From: Pachysolen tannophilus NRRL Y-2460
Taxonomy: Eukaryota
DNA: 64,000 nt
Assembly: GCA_001661245.1 (NCBI GenBank)
Contig: KV454011.1
Coordinates: forward strand, 286,108 to 350,107
Reading direction: 5' to 3'
Under the pieces are notes generated by a model. It did not search any database. It worked only from the letters and a program-made list of their open reading frames with translations, and was not told the origin of the DNA. A program made the position numbers and the translations under genes. Each line of letters begins with the position of its first letter. Position 1 is the stretch's first letter. Positions 47,788 to 58,758 of the stretch are shown here, one piece after another.

Positions 47788-48852
47788 ATGAAGTCAGTAG
47801 CGATTAATCTCTCGCACCTTCAGCCAGTAACTGCATTATATCGACAACTAACTAAACATATAAATAATTTACCATTTGATGTTAGAACTATAAACTTATT
47901 GCAGAACTATAAAAAAAAGACATTTCGTTCAAGGAAAAATACAAATGAAATATATCACTACAAGTTGATTCACTATTACTTGAATTTAACTTCTTCTATA
48001 AGTGAAAAGGTGAACAATTTTCAAGCCATTGAGGAGTTGTTGGATTTTGCTTATTTACAAGGGGTACAATTGAATAAGAGAGCGCCAAATTGGTTTAAAT
48101 CGTTTTTGCTGTTAAAGAAAGATGATTACGATTTAATAATTTCCCATGGTATATGGCCACATGAACATGCAATTTATTCATTTATAAAGAACAAGAATTA
48201 TAATAAGGAAGTTGATGATAATGAGGCCATCAAGTTTTTAAGCAAGTACGATAATTATTTATCTAACCAGAAGAATGTCAAGAATGGAGATATTAGGATA
48301 ACAGATTTGATACCTGTCACTATAGGTACACCTGATGATATCAAATTAAACATCAGTTATGGGGTAGGGGATAACTCGAAATCCATAGATGATCAAAAAA
48401 AATTACAGGACAAGATAATTCAAATGAAAAGACTTATAGAGAATTTACAAAAGTTTGTTTCTACAACTGAAAAGAAAATGTCATCGAAAAAAGATATGGT
48501 AACTTTGAAAGATTTTAAAGTTGAATATCTCCCCAACAGCTTGGGTTTACCATTAAGTAAGAAAAGATCCAAGAATTTAATTTTACGGAAAATCAAATAT
48601 TTTAAAACTGCATTATTGCAGGATTTCAACCCATTATCATTTGAAGATTTTAATTACTTAGAGAAAATGGTTGAAGATAATGACAATAAAAATTTTAACG
48701 ATAAAAAGAATAAGATAACGATAATGAAGTATAAAAAAATTGTAAAGAATTACTTGTTTAAAAATTTTTGTTTTGAGAATTTACATGAGGATAATACTCA
48801 GATTAAGATTTCCAAATTACCAAAAATTAGAGCAATTAATTATACTTTATAG
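47788..48852 (+). CDS. Probable mitochondrial protein, Gep5/Rrg5-like
   Basis: LYR-like N-terminus ALYRQLTKHINNLPFD; IWPHE; PNSLGLPLSKKRSKNL. Lies next to APC4, consistent with the ancestral neighbourhood. Similarity is weak and from memory. Confidence 0.5.
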   Translation: MKSVAINLSHLQPVTALYRQLTKHINNLPFDVRTINLLQNYKKKTFRSRKNTNEIYHYKLIHYYLNLTSSISEKVNNFQAIEELLDFAYLQGVQLNKRAPNWFKSFLLLKKDDYDLIISHGIWPHEHAIYSFIKNKNYNKEVDDNEAIKFLSKYDNYLSNQKNVKNGDIRITDLIPVTIGTPDDIKLNISYGVGDNSKSIDDQKKLQDKIIQMKRLIENLQKFVSTTEKKMSSKKDMVTLKDFKVEYLPNSLGLPLSKKRSKNLILRKIKYFKTALLQDFNPLSFEDFNYLEKMVEDNDNKNFNDKKNKITIMKYKKIVKNYLFKNFCFENLHEDNTQIKISKLPKIRAINYTL

Positions 48853-48909
48853 ATAAATTTGTACATAAATATACTTAGCAACGATATTGAGGAAGTTCAG
48901 TGTAGTTTA

Positions 48910-51054
48910 TTAACCAATAGACATAGCATCGGTGTTTCGATCCACTTCTCCATTTTCTATAATTTCTTCTTCTTCTTCTTCGTCCTGTTCTTCGTCCAAG
49001 TCGAATAGCATGAAAGTATTCATGTTTCTACCAACTAAAAATCCAATTCGTCTATTAGTATTCCCGTTACATGTCATATCAACTGGTATAAAATCACCAT
49101 CATTGAAACTTCTGGATTTTAAAACAGCAGTTATATTTGTTTCTCCTTCTTGTTCATCTAAACAATCTAGAGAAGTATAGTCGATTGATAACACTATTGA
49201 ATTCAAAGTTTGCTGCAGTTCCTTATCATAGTTTGTTATCAAAATTATTAACTCCTTGTTGTCTATTATTTCAAATTTTTTAATTGTTCCATACTTGGAA
49301 AACAATTGGTTAAAATTTAATTTCAATTTTTTAACTTTTTGTAAAGATGAGCCAATGTTGAACCTGAATAAATTTAAATGCAATTTTTCATTTTTATTAT
49401 GGGTAATGATATATCCTAAATTGTCATTACCTAATTTCAAAATACTCTGGTCAATTTCTTTGTTATCTTTTAATTGATCTATTATTAGTGTATTCTTGTC
49501 ATTGATTTTTATTTTCTGTTTCAATTGTTTTTTCAAATTAATTATTTTGTAGTTGACAAGTTGTTCAACATCATTCAACTTAGCATTTAAATCCTTTTGT
49601 TTGCTCAATATACAACTATTTTTAAAATTTGAATTCAAAAAATTTGAAATTTTTTCAATATTGATATTATTATTTAACTTTTTCTCTATTTCAAAAAATT
49701 CGTCATCATTGTCATCATCATTGTTGTTTAACAACATGATTTTTTTCAATAATAAAGAAAGCCAATTATTGAAGTTTTTAAAATTTAAGAATTCCAAATT
49801 TAAATCATTTAAGAAAATGTATAAATTTCTTAAAATTTTTTTCAAAACCAGAATTATTTCATCTGATTCAAAATTTTTTTCATTTGGTTCTTGTTTAGAA
49901 AGGTTAACAAAATTGTTATATATGAGCAAAAGTCTTTCGATTATTGGTATCAAAAAATGGAAGACTAATTTTTTATTATTTTCGTAACATTGAGACGCTA
50001 ATTGATACCATCTTTTCAAACCTCTATCACCAAGATAATCTTCCAACCATTGTTTTATACTTTCTGTAATCATACCAGTCAATAGTAAATCGTACAACTC
50101 ATCTATAGAGGAGACATTGGCCTTCTCGCTATTTTTATCAATTTCTTCTTGTAATAAATTGACAATTTTAAAATCATAATCCAAAAAAATATTGGAATCT
50201 TTTAAATTTTTTGTAATTAATTTTTTAAATAAATTCAAGTAATTTAAAAAATTAGAAATTAATATCATTTTTTTCGATATTTGAATTTTATCGTTATTAT
50301 TTTCATATCCTAAAAATCCTAATTCTAAATTCTTTATTACCAAATTATTTTCAGTATCTATTGCTAAGAAAAATTGACTTGAAATATTATTTTTATTGTA
50401 ATCATGACTTAATATTCGACTTGCAAAATTTGTATTGTTATATTCCAAAATATTTTCAATATTAAACAACCCAAATACCAAGAGATTAACAATTCCCTTA
50501 TTCCCATAAATTATGAAATTTGATGTATTATCCTCTTTATAACTTTCAATTAATTTTTCTACATTCCCATTACCGGTGATATTACTATCCACAGGTGGGA
50601 TCTTTGGTAATGAATCTTCAATATACTCGTATAAATTACCAATTCCAGTGTCATTTTGGTTATCCTCATTTCCTTCTAAACACCAACTTATAAACTCAAT
50701 TGTATTATCTTGGAAATTATTATCAAAACTACTAATTAATTTACCATTATTCGTATCATAAATTTTTAAAGTTTTTGAATCTACCGCCAAAAAAAATTTC
50801 CCATCATCCTTATACAATATCACAAAGTCCTGACCACTATCATCAGCCAAGTTGCTACCGCCTTTACTACTATTACCCAAGTTCAAATTATATATCCTCT
50901 CACCATCAATTCTATAACTGCTCAACGAATGATTCCCATTCAGTACAGTTATTATATCCATTGTTGGACACCATCTGCACGCTATAGAAGTTGATAACGA
51001 AAGCGAAGCACCTAATTGCTTAGTCAATATCGTCAGAAAGAACTTCCCTTCCAT
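48910..51054 (-). CDS. APC4: Anaphase-promoting complex subunit Apc4
   Basis: Motifs WCPTMDII, YRIDGERI, YKDDGKFFLA, LYDLLLTG...WLEDYLGDRGLKRW. First ATG is at 51054. Confidence 0.85.
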   Translation of the reverse strand: MEGKFFLTILTKQLGASLSLSTSIACRWCPTMDIITVLNGNHSLSSYRIDGERIYNLNLGNSSKGGSNLADDSGQDFVILYKDDGKFFLAVDSKTLKIYDTNNGKLISSFDNNFQDNTIEFISWCLEGNEDNQNDTGIGNLYEYIEDSLPKIPPVDSNITGNGNVEKLIESYKEDNTSNFIIYGNKGIVNLLVFGLFNIENILEYNNTNFASRILSHDYNKNNISSQFFLAIDTENNLVIKNLELGFLGYENNNDKIQISKKMILISNFLNYLNLFKKLITKNLKDSNIFLDYDFKIVNLLQEEIDKNSEKANVSSIDELYDLLLTGMITESIKQWLEDYLGDRGLKRWYQLASQCYENNKKLVFHFLIPIIERLLLIYNNFVNLSKQEPNEKNFESDEIILVLKKILRNLYIFLNDLNLEFLNFKNFNNWLSLLLKKIMLLNNNDDDNDDEFFEIEKKLNNNINIEKISNFLNSNFKNSCILSKQKDLNAKLNDVEQLVNYKIINLKKQLKQKIKINDKNTLIIDQLKDNKEIDQSILKLGNDNLGYIITHNKNEKLHLNLFRFNIGSSLQKVKKLKLNFNQLFSKYGTIKKFEIIDNKELIILITNYDKELQQTLNSIVLSIDYTSLDCLDEQEGETNITAVLKSRSFNDGDFIPVDMTCNGNTNRRIGFLVGRNMNTFMLFDLDEEQDEEEEEEIIENGEVDRNTDAMSIG

Positions 51055-51521
51055 TTCTAAAAATATCAATAAGACAATATAAGCCAAATATTGGATTTCA
51101 AACCAAAGACGTCTTTTAAATTATTGTTCTTGTTCTTGTTCTTTATGATGATGATCATCTATTTTTGTTTTTGTTTTTGTTTTTTGATTTTTGATATTTT
51201 TTATTTTTAGGCGCGAACGAAGAAATTTCTGCCGGCAAAAATTGGCGGTAAAATTGGGCGGATGGGCCGCCCAGGTTTCCGCGGAAGTTGTTCTGCCTAA
51301 AATTTTCCATGAGGGAAGTTGGGCCAAAAGAAAGGTTGATTGATTTTATTGAAGTTGAGTCAGTTATTAATGAGTTCAGTTGAGCTTACAGTTTTCATTA
51401 TTCGCAACAAGGATTATATTAGCAAATGGAAAGCAAGATTGAAAACAACACTATTGAAAATACAGTCAAAAAAAAAAAAAAATAATAATAAAAAGATAAT
51501 GAAATTATACAAATTGAATAT

Positions 51522-53357
51522 TTAAAAATCAATAACTTCTTCTAATGATTCTTCATCAGATAAGAGTGATTCTAGCATTCCACTTGAAGCAGCAATCAAA
51601 CCTAAGAATGGTCTTGAAGGATCTAATACTTTTGATAAATATTCTGGATGGTATTGTGTAGCAACATAGTATAAATGATTTTTCAATTCAAAAATTTCCA
51701 TACGTTGTTGATTTTCATCTTTTCCAATAAAAATCAATCCATGTTCTTCAATTTTAGAAACTAATTTAGGATTGACTTCATACCTATGTCTATGTCTTTC
51801 CAAGACTTGATCTTTATTACCATAAAGTTTTCTTAATACTGACCATTCTGTTCCTTCTTGGAAAACAGTTGGTCTTAAACCTAATCTCATTGTACCTCCA
51901 AGTTTTTCTTTATCAATTTCAGGCATATATACAACAGATGCAAGATCATCACTTAAATCTGGAATGAATTCAGTTGAGTTTGAACTTTGAATACCAATAA
52001 CATTTCTAACAAATTCAATAACAGCGATTTGTAAACCAAGACATACTCCAAGGTATGGAATATTATTTTCTCTTGCCCATTTAGCAGCAGCCATCATTCC
52101 TTCTGTACCACGTTGACCAAATCCACCTGGAACCAATATTCCATCAGCGCAGCAAACAGAGTGCCAAGCTTTATGGAAGTTTACTTTATCCTTTGTCTGT
52201 TGTTCAACTTCTAAATCTGTTGATTCAACCCAAATGATTTCCAATTTTTTTTTACATCTCATAGCAGCATGTTCTAAAGATTTAACCACTGAAAGGTATG
52301 AATCCTTTAAATGTGTATATTTACCAACTAATGCAATACTAACTTTTTCAAAAGATTGATCAACATTTGTTGTTAATTGAGTCCACCTTTTCAATAAATC
52401 TGCACCTTTTAATAACATATCTTGAGAAACATTTAATGCATCTAATTGTAATCTTTGAGTTAAAAATTGCAATTCTTTTTGTTTTCTCAAAAGTAATGGT
52501 ACATGATATGTTGAATTAACATCATGAACCGCCAATACTTGTTCTTTACCAACATGACAAAACATTGCAATTTTATCAATTGTTGGTTGATCTAATTCTG
52601 AAGAACATCTACAAGCAATCATATCTGGCATCAACCCTAATGATCTAAGATCTTTAACTGCTGCTTGAGTAGGTTTTGTCTTTTGTTCCCCATGGATAAC
52701 AGGAACTAAAGAAACATGAAGTAAGGCAAAATTTTCATGACCAACTCTAAATTGAAATTGTCTTAATGCTTCAACAAAAGGTGCACTTTCAATATCACCA
52801 ACTGTTCCTCCCAATTCAATAATACAAACTTCTGGCTCTAACCCAGTATTATCAACAGGAATCCTACTGACACGTTCAATCCATTCTTGAATTGCATTAG
52901 TGATATGAGGAACAACTTGAACAGTCTTACCTAAATAATCACCTTTTCTTTCTCTTGAAATAACCTGAGAATAAATCTTACCAGTGGTAATATTATGATC
53001 TTTAGTCAACGTGATATTCAAATATCTTTCATAATTTCCTAAATCCAAATCAACCTCTCCACCATCGTTCAATACAAAACATTCACCATGCTCTAATGGA
53101 GACATTGTACCAGCATCTATATTCATATAAGGATCAATTTTAATCGAGGTAACCCGAAGACCTAAAGTCTTCAAAAGTAACCCCGTACTTGATGCCAATA
53201 CACCTTTACCAATACCAGAAATAACACCTAAAAACAACAAAAAAAACACAAAAAAACTTTAGTTAGTCGATGACATGGTAATTTAGATGAGAAACTCGAA
53301 AAAAAAATTTTTTGATTATATCCTCTACATACCACCGGAGACAACAACGTATTTCAT
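51522..53357 (-). CDS. URA7: CTP synthase, one intron
   Basis: Exon1 53357-53333 (MKYVVVSG), intron 53332-53228 (GTATGT...GACTAAC...TAG), exon2 53227-51522 (GVISGIGKG). Motifs GVCLGLQ, RHRHRYE, QYHPE. Confidence 0.97.
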
Positions 53358-53958
53358 TTTCTATAGACTCTTTTAATTTTAAAGTTTTTTCTTTCTCCAA
53401 ACTGATTACTATACTTTAAAGAGAGGTAACTTAAGAAGATACCCGTAGAGTAATACAAGAACTCAAACGGGAAGAGAAGAAGAAGAAGAAGAAGAAGAGA
53501 GAGAAAGAAGAATTAAGAAAATAAAGGTATAAAAGATTTTTCTAAAGTACTATATAACTTTACTACTGTTACATCGCAGTTGAAAAAAAAAAAAAAAAAA
53601 AAAAATTTTTTTTTTAAAAAAAAAAAAAAACAGAAATTTCCAAAACGCGTAATTAGAAAGAAATTACTCAATTCGGAACTCCAAAATTTTTTATTTCTTT
53701 ATACGGATTTTTGTTACTTAATTGGGGTAGACTTCCCAATTAGGGAATTGTAAAGTTTTTTTTTGTGGGTGTTTTCTTGTGTTTCCTAAAATGGAAATTT
53801 GTAACCAAATTTGGAGTTTCCTGTTTGGGAATGGTTTAGGTAATGAGTTTTTCAAGTGCATCTATCTGATGGATTTTGATTTTAAACAAGGTTTCCAAAT
53901 TATTCATTTGTTTAATGAATTTATAATCTAATTGGCGGTCTGTTGTTGAGACGGAAAG

Positions 53959-55776
53959 ATGTTTAGAAAGGATATTAGGGTGAAGAATTTTAGTAATGTT
54001 AAAAACTCAGAGAGGAAGCATCTTTTCCGAGACTTGAATTTAGAAGTTCTGCCTGTTATTAAGAAAAGTGTTTTCAATACTAGTTTAACAAAGAATGGAT
54101 TGATTTATGCTGATAATGATATAAAACCAATTTTCTTTACGTTGGATGAATACCCGAATTATTTGATTCCTTCGATATATTTTTTGTGGGAACACCCTTT
54201 CTTCTTACCAAAAGTTAAAACTCATGATGTTGTTATTAAAGGTCATTTATTAAATGGTGCATCTTTGATGTTACCAGGTACTATACCGCCATTTGATGAT
54301 GATAGGTTGGTGAAGGGGCAATTGGTTAGTGTTGTTAGTAAGGAGAACGATTTGGCGCTGGTTTGTGTTGGTGTGTTGGAGATGGATTTGAAAAATGTAG
54401 AGAAAGTTTATGGAACAACAGGTGTTGCTGTAAAGATTTTACATTATTATAATGACGAATTGTTTAGGTTATACGATAAGGAGATTGTGAAGATTCCGAA
54501 AAGAGAAGAGTTGGCTGAGAAGTTGGAAGCAGAAAGGGTAATGAAGGAACAGCAGGAACAGCAACAACTGTTGCAACAGGAACAAGAGAAGCATGAAGTT
54601 GAAGTTGAACCTGAAAATCTTGAAGTTCCAGTTCTTGAAGAACATCATGAAGATCAGGAACCTGAGGAAATTGAGGAAATTGAGGAACCTAAAGATCATG
54701 ACACCCATGAGGAATCGATTGAAGAAGTTGCAGAAACTTTGACAAAACTTTCGGTTACAGATATTGATTATTTCTTTCACAGATCTCTTTTATATACGCT
54801 TACTCAGGAATCAAATTTGAAACCTCCAATTTCGTCATCAAATTTCATGTCAAATTATATTTATAAAAATTTACCAATTGCTAATGTCACCATAAAAAAT
54901 TCCAGTTTCAAGAAAACTTCAAAATGGTTAAAAAATTTAGAGAAAAAACAATATTTAAAATTAAAAGGTAAAGATGAAGATTTAACAATAATTGAAATAT
55001 TGAAAAATAAAGAAAAAGATGATGAATTGAAAAACTTTGTTCCTTACAAGATCAACAAGAACAATATTCCTCGTGCATCAGGCAGCAACAACGGCAGCAA
55101 CAACAACAACAACAGCAGCAGCAGCAGCAACGGCAACAGTAACAACAGTTTGTGTGCTGTTTATTATTTTAGACCTCAGGCAAAGACAAGACTTTTCTTC
55201 GAATCACTTGAATTATCACCAACTCAATATTATCTTCAACCTGAATTGAAAAAATTTTTAGAATTTTATATCAAGAAAAATAATTTAACTTCACCAAAAT
55301 CACCAAAGCAAGTAATATTGGATGATATCTTATCATCAATGATTAAATCACAAAATTCAACAATTGCAAGAGATCAAATTTTTACCATTTTTTTGAAAAA
55401 TTTCTCACGTTTTTATAAAATAGTTGATTCAAACGCAAAACAAAACGATATAGATGAAGAAGAAGGTTTTTACAAAGGTGAAATCCCAAAAATTAAAATT
55501 ATTACAGAACCTTCAGTTGGAAATAAAACAACCACTAAAATTCAACATGTCAATTTCGAAATATTCAAGATAAACATTAAAGAATTTTCTAAAAATTTAA
55601 AAGTCAAACTGTCTTCATCAACTACACTAACAACTTTGGATAAAGGTATAACCGAATTAATGGTTTTAGGTTCACACGAAAAGATAATTCTAGATATGCT
55701 AACGAAAAACTACGGCCTAAACAGCTCTTGGATCGAATGTCAGAATAAAATTAAGAACAAAAGGAGAAAGAAATAA
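53959..55776 (+). CDS. TMA64: eIF2D/Tma64 (PUA, SWIB and SUI1 domains)
   Basis: N-terminus MFRKDIRVKNFSNVKNSERK; HLLNGASLMLPGTIPPF; IKNSSFKKTSKWLK; C-terminal SUI1 GNKTTTKI...ELMVLGSH. Confidence 0.9.
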   Translation: MFRKDIRVKNFSNVKNSERKHLFRDLNLEVLPVIKKSVFNTSLTKNGLIYADNDIKPIFFTLDEYPNYLIPSIYFLWEHPFFLPKVKTHDVVIKGHLLNGASLMLPGTIPPFDDDRLVKGQLVSVVSKENDLALVCVGVLEMDLKNVEKVYGTTGVAVKILHYYNDELFRLYDKEIVKIPKREELAEKLEAERVMKEQQEQQQLLQQEQEKHEVEVEPENLEVPVLEEHHEDQEPEEIEEIEEPKDHDTHEESIEEVAETLTKLSVTDIDYFFHRSLLYTLTQESNLKPPISSSNFMSNYIYKNLPIANVTIKNSSFKKTSKWLKNLEKKQYLKLKGKDEDLTIIEILKNKEKDDELKNFVPYKINKNNIPRASGSNNGSNNNNNSSSSSNGNSNNSLCAVYYFRPQAKTRLFFESLELSPTQYYLQPELKKFLEFYIKKNNLTSPKSPKQVILDDILSSMIKSQNSTIARDQIFTIFLKNFSRFYKIVDSNAKQNDIDEEEGFYKGEIPKIKIITEPSVGNKTTTKIQHVNFEIFKINIKEFSKNLKVKLSSSTTLTTLDKGITELMVLGSHEKIILDMLTKNYGLNSSWIECQNKIKNKRRKK

Positions 55777-56053
55777 ATAACTCGACCCACCATCTTTTCT
55801 AGTCACTTCTACTCTTGTCGGTTTCCATTCTGATAAAACTAAACAGCCTTTTCCTATAAGTAGTGTATATATAGTAGTGTATAGAACAACCAAAAAATAT
55901 CATTTTTAAAAATTTTCCAAAAATTGACGATGAATATCATTTTTAGCATGGGCGCTTAATAAACAATTATATTTATATATATATATTATATATTATATAT
56001 ATTAAATATATAGTTAAAATAGGGGTTTCCACTGTTAAATTGTGATTATATCG

Positions 56054-56881
56054 ATGTTGCTGTCATTTATAAGGCCAGTAAGAATAAAACAGTATGGGTG
56101 TTTGCCTTTAGCTCGTTCTTTCTCGAGTTGTGGGTTGAAACTTGCTCCTCCAAAAAAATCTTCAGTTGACGATAATAAAAAATTGCAACAAAAGAAAGTA
56201 TCTGCGCAGAGAGTTAGGGCAAAACAATCTCCATCGAAATCTCCATTATATATGGATATACCAACGGCGTTGAGATATATTAGGGCGTCAGAAGTTGGTA
56301 GGTCGGCTACTGAGGCGGTAATTACGATTACTAGTAGAGTTGTTGCTGAAAGAGGTACTCAACCAATATCTGGATCAATACAATTACCTAAACCATTAAA
56401 AGAATCAACGATTTTAATTTTCACCAGTTCTAAGGAAAAACAAGAAAAATGTTATGGTAATGGGGCAAAGTTATGTGGTGGCCAAGAGTTGATTGAAAAG
56501 ATAAAGGAAAATGAGATTGATTTATCAAAATTTGATAAAGCATTTGCTACTCCGGAAATGGCTTCATCATTGGCATCGATAGCTAGAACTTTAGGTCCTA
56601 AAGGTCTTATGCCAACTGCTAAGAAAGGTACAGTGGTAGAGAAAGTTGAAGATGCAGTATCAGAAGCAATTGGAAGTCTCCCATATAGACAAAGAGCAGA
56701 ATTGTTAAGTCTTCCTATTGGAAGATGCGATTTTACAGATGAAGCTATTATTAAAAATATTATTAGTTGCTCCAATTCTATTAAAAACGTGGCTTCCACA
56801 ATAAAGTCAAAAAAACCAGTGTTGATTGGTGAAACTACTTTGACTTCTACTCACGGACCTGGCATTGTAATTGATTTCTAA
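56054..56881 (+). CDS. MRPL1: Mitochondrial ribosomal protein uL1m
   Basis: Presequence-like N-terminus; SPLYMDIPTALRYIRASEVG, ARTLGPKGLMPTAKKGTV, LTSTHGPGIVIDF. Confidence 0.93.
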   Translation: MLLSFIRPVRIKQYGCLPLARSFSSCGLKLAPPKKSSVDDNKKLQQKKVSAQRVRAKQSPSKSPLYMDIPTALRYIRASEVGRSATEAVITITSRVVAERGTQPISGSIQLPKPLKESTILIFTSSKEKQEKCYGNGAKLCGGQELIEKIKENEIDLSKFDKAFATPEMASSLASIARTLGPKGLMPTAKKGTVVEKVEDAVSEAIGSLPYRQRAELLSLPIGRCDFTDEAIIKNIISCSNSIKNVASTIKSKKPVLIGETTLTSTHGPGIVIDF

Positions 56882-57269
56882 AAAAACTTGTATATATATT
56901 AAAAAAAAAAAAGTTAACAGAATCACATTTTTTATATTAAGCTTGTAGATACAAAAGATTCATTCACACACAGACTAGACTTGGTCTCAAGTATCATGTA
57001 TTAAAAATATTTCACTATTACTATAATTATCACGTACTCAACACTTTATTGGAGATCATATTTTAATATGTACCATATGTACGAATATGTACAGTGAAAC
57101 CAAAACTTCCCCTATCTAAACTTTTGGATTTATTCAAAATATCATAAATTCAACTCATTATTTCCTTTCACTTATATATAAGTGCAATTGGAGATTGGTT
57201 TCTATCTCTGAATATCTACCATTTTCAATTTTCTATTTTCCTTTTTGCTTTTTGCTTTTTTGGTTAACA

Positions 57270-58301
57270 ATGGTAGAAGCTAAGTATGGTGGGAACCCAT
57301 TTTATATGTTGAACAGGCCTTGCGTATTGGGGGAAGCTCCAATTTATAGAGAATCTGATAGCACTCTACATTACGTTGATGTTTTCCATGATCCTCCACA
57401 ATTGCACATTTTATCACTTGACCCAACCACGGGGGATGCCTTATATCCTAATGATGAACCTGATATTTCTAAAGCTATATCTTTACAAAAAGATAATGTT
57501 AGTATTCCTGGATTAAGAGTTTTGAATTTAAAAGAAAGCATCACAGTACAATGTTTCCGTAAAGGCATAGAAAATTCTTATATATGTGCATATCATCAAG
57601 GAGTTGGTTTTTTAGATGAAAAAACTGGTGAAATGGAAGTCGCAAAAGAACTTATTCCTTTAAATGAAAAGCATTTAAAAAGGTTTAATGATGGTGCAGT
57701 TGATTGTAAAGGAAGATTTTGGTTAGCTGAAATTGATTTTAATCTTAAAAATTTTAGTGGGAAATATTCTGAATATCTGCCCTCCAAACATGGGAAACTG
57801 ACTGGGAAATTGTGGAGATACGATCCAAATGGTGATCTGACCACAATGGACGAAGGTATAATCTGTGGTAATGGTCTTGGTTGGAGCCCCGATAATAAGA
57901 TTTTTTACATGAATGACTCGATCCCACAACTTGTCTATGCTTATGATTTTGATTCAGAGACGGGAAATATCTCAAATAAAAGAGTCTTTGTTGATCGGAA
58001 ATTAGAAGGAGGAGGTGAACCAGACGGTATGGTGGTTGATATAGATGGGAACTTGTGGATCTCAATGTTTGGTATTTCATCAGTAGCAGTTTACAACCCC
58101 AATGGTGAATTGATCAAGACACTCAAGTTTGGGGCAAAGAAGTTGACATGTCCTACATGGGGAGGAAAAGATCATAATATCATGTATGTGGTAAGCTCCT
58201 ATGATACCGATGAGAATAAAGATGAAAACGATTATGGTGGACAATTGTTTAAGTATCATACCGATACCACAGGTCTTAGAAAAAATGAGTTTGCTGGTTG
58301 A
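57270..58301 (+). CDS. SMP-30/gluconolactonase/regucalcin-family six-bladed propeller lactonase
   Basis: Motifs LGEAPIY, RFNDGAVDCKGRFW, GNGLGWSPD, PDGMVVDIDGNLW, TCPTWGG. First ATG is at 57270. Confidence 0.9.
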   Translation: MVEAKYGGNPFYMLNRPCVLGEAPIYRESDSTLHYVDVFHDPPQLHILSLDPTTGDALYPNDEPDISKAISLQKDNVSIPGLRVLNLKESITVQCFRKGIENSYICAYHQGVGFLDEKTGEMEVAKELIPLNEKHLKRFNDGAVDCKGRFWLAEIDFNLKNFSGKYSEYLPSKHGKLTGKLWRYDPNGDLTTMDEGIICGNGLGWSPDNKIFYMNDSIPQLVYAYDFDSETGNISNKRVFVDRKLEGGGEPDGMVVDIDGNLWISMFGISSVAVYNPNGELIKTLKFGAKKLTCPTWGGKDHNIMYVVSSYDTDENKDENDYGGQLFKYHTDTTGLRKNEFAG

Positions 58302-58758
58302 AGAACATTTAGATGTCATCCACAAAATAACTTCAATATCCCTTAAATCAGTTTCGTTAACATTATCAATTTATTTAATAAAAAAAAAAACAAGATAGAA
58401 GTTGAACTCTACATAGACACTTGAATACAAGACAATATATACGTTACAAAAATTTGGAAATCCAATCTATCTTTATCAAACCTAGATCTACACATTTTTT
58501 CCCTCTACATATTGGGTCTCCTAATATACTTGATTCCAGTTTTGTATTGGTGTATATTTATTTAATTTTTGTTCTTTATTTGTAGTATGTTTTGAATTTA
58601 ATACTGTTTAAAAAATGTAAATGAAAATGAAAATAAAAATAAAAAAATCGATTTTTTTTATCAATTTTATTAATTTATTGTTGTTATAAATACAACTTGA
58701 TATTATTAATCTTTTCTATAGATAGGATTATTCTCTAATGGATCTAGTCTAGGTGATA

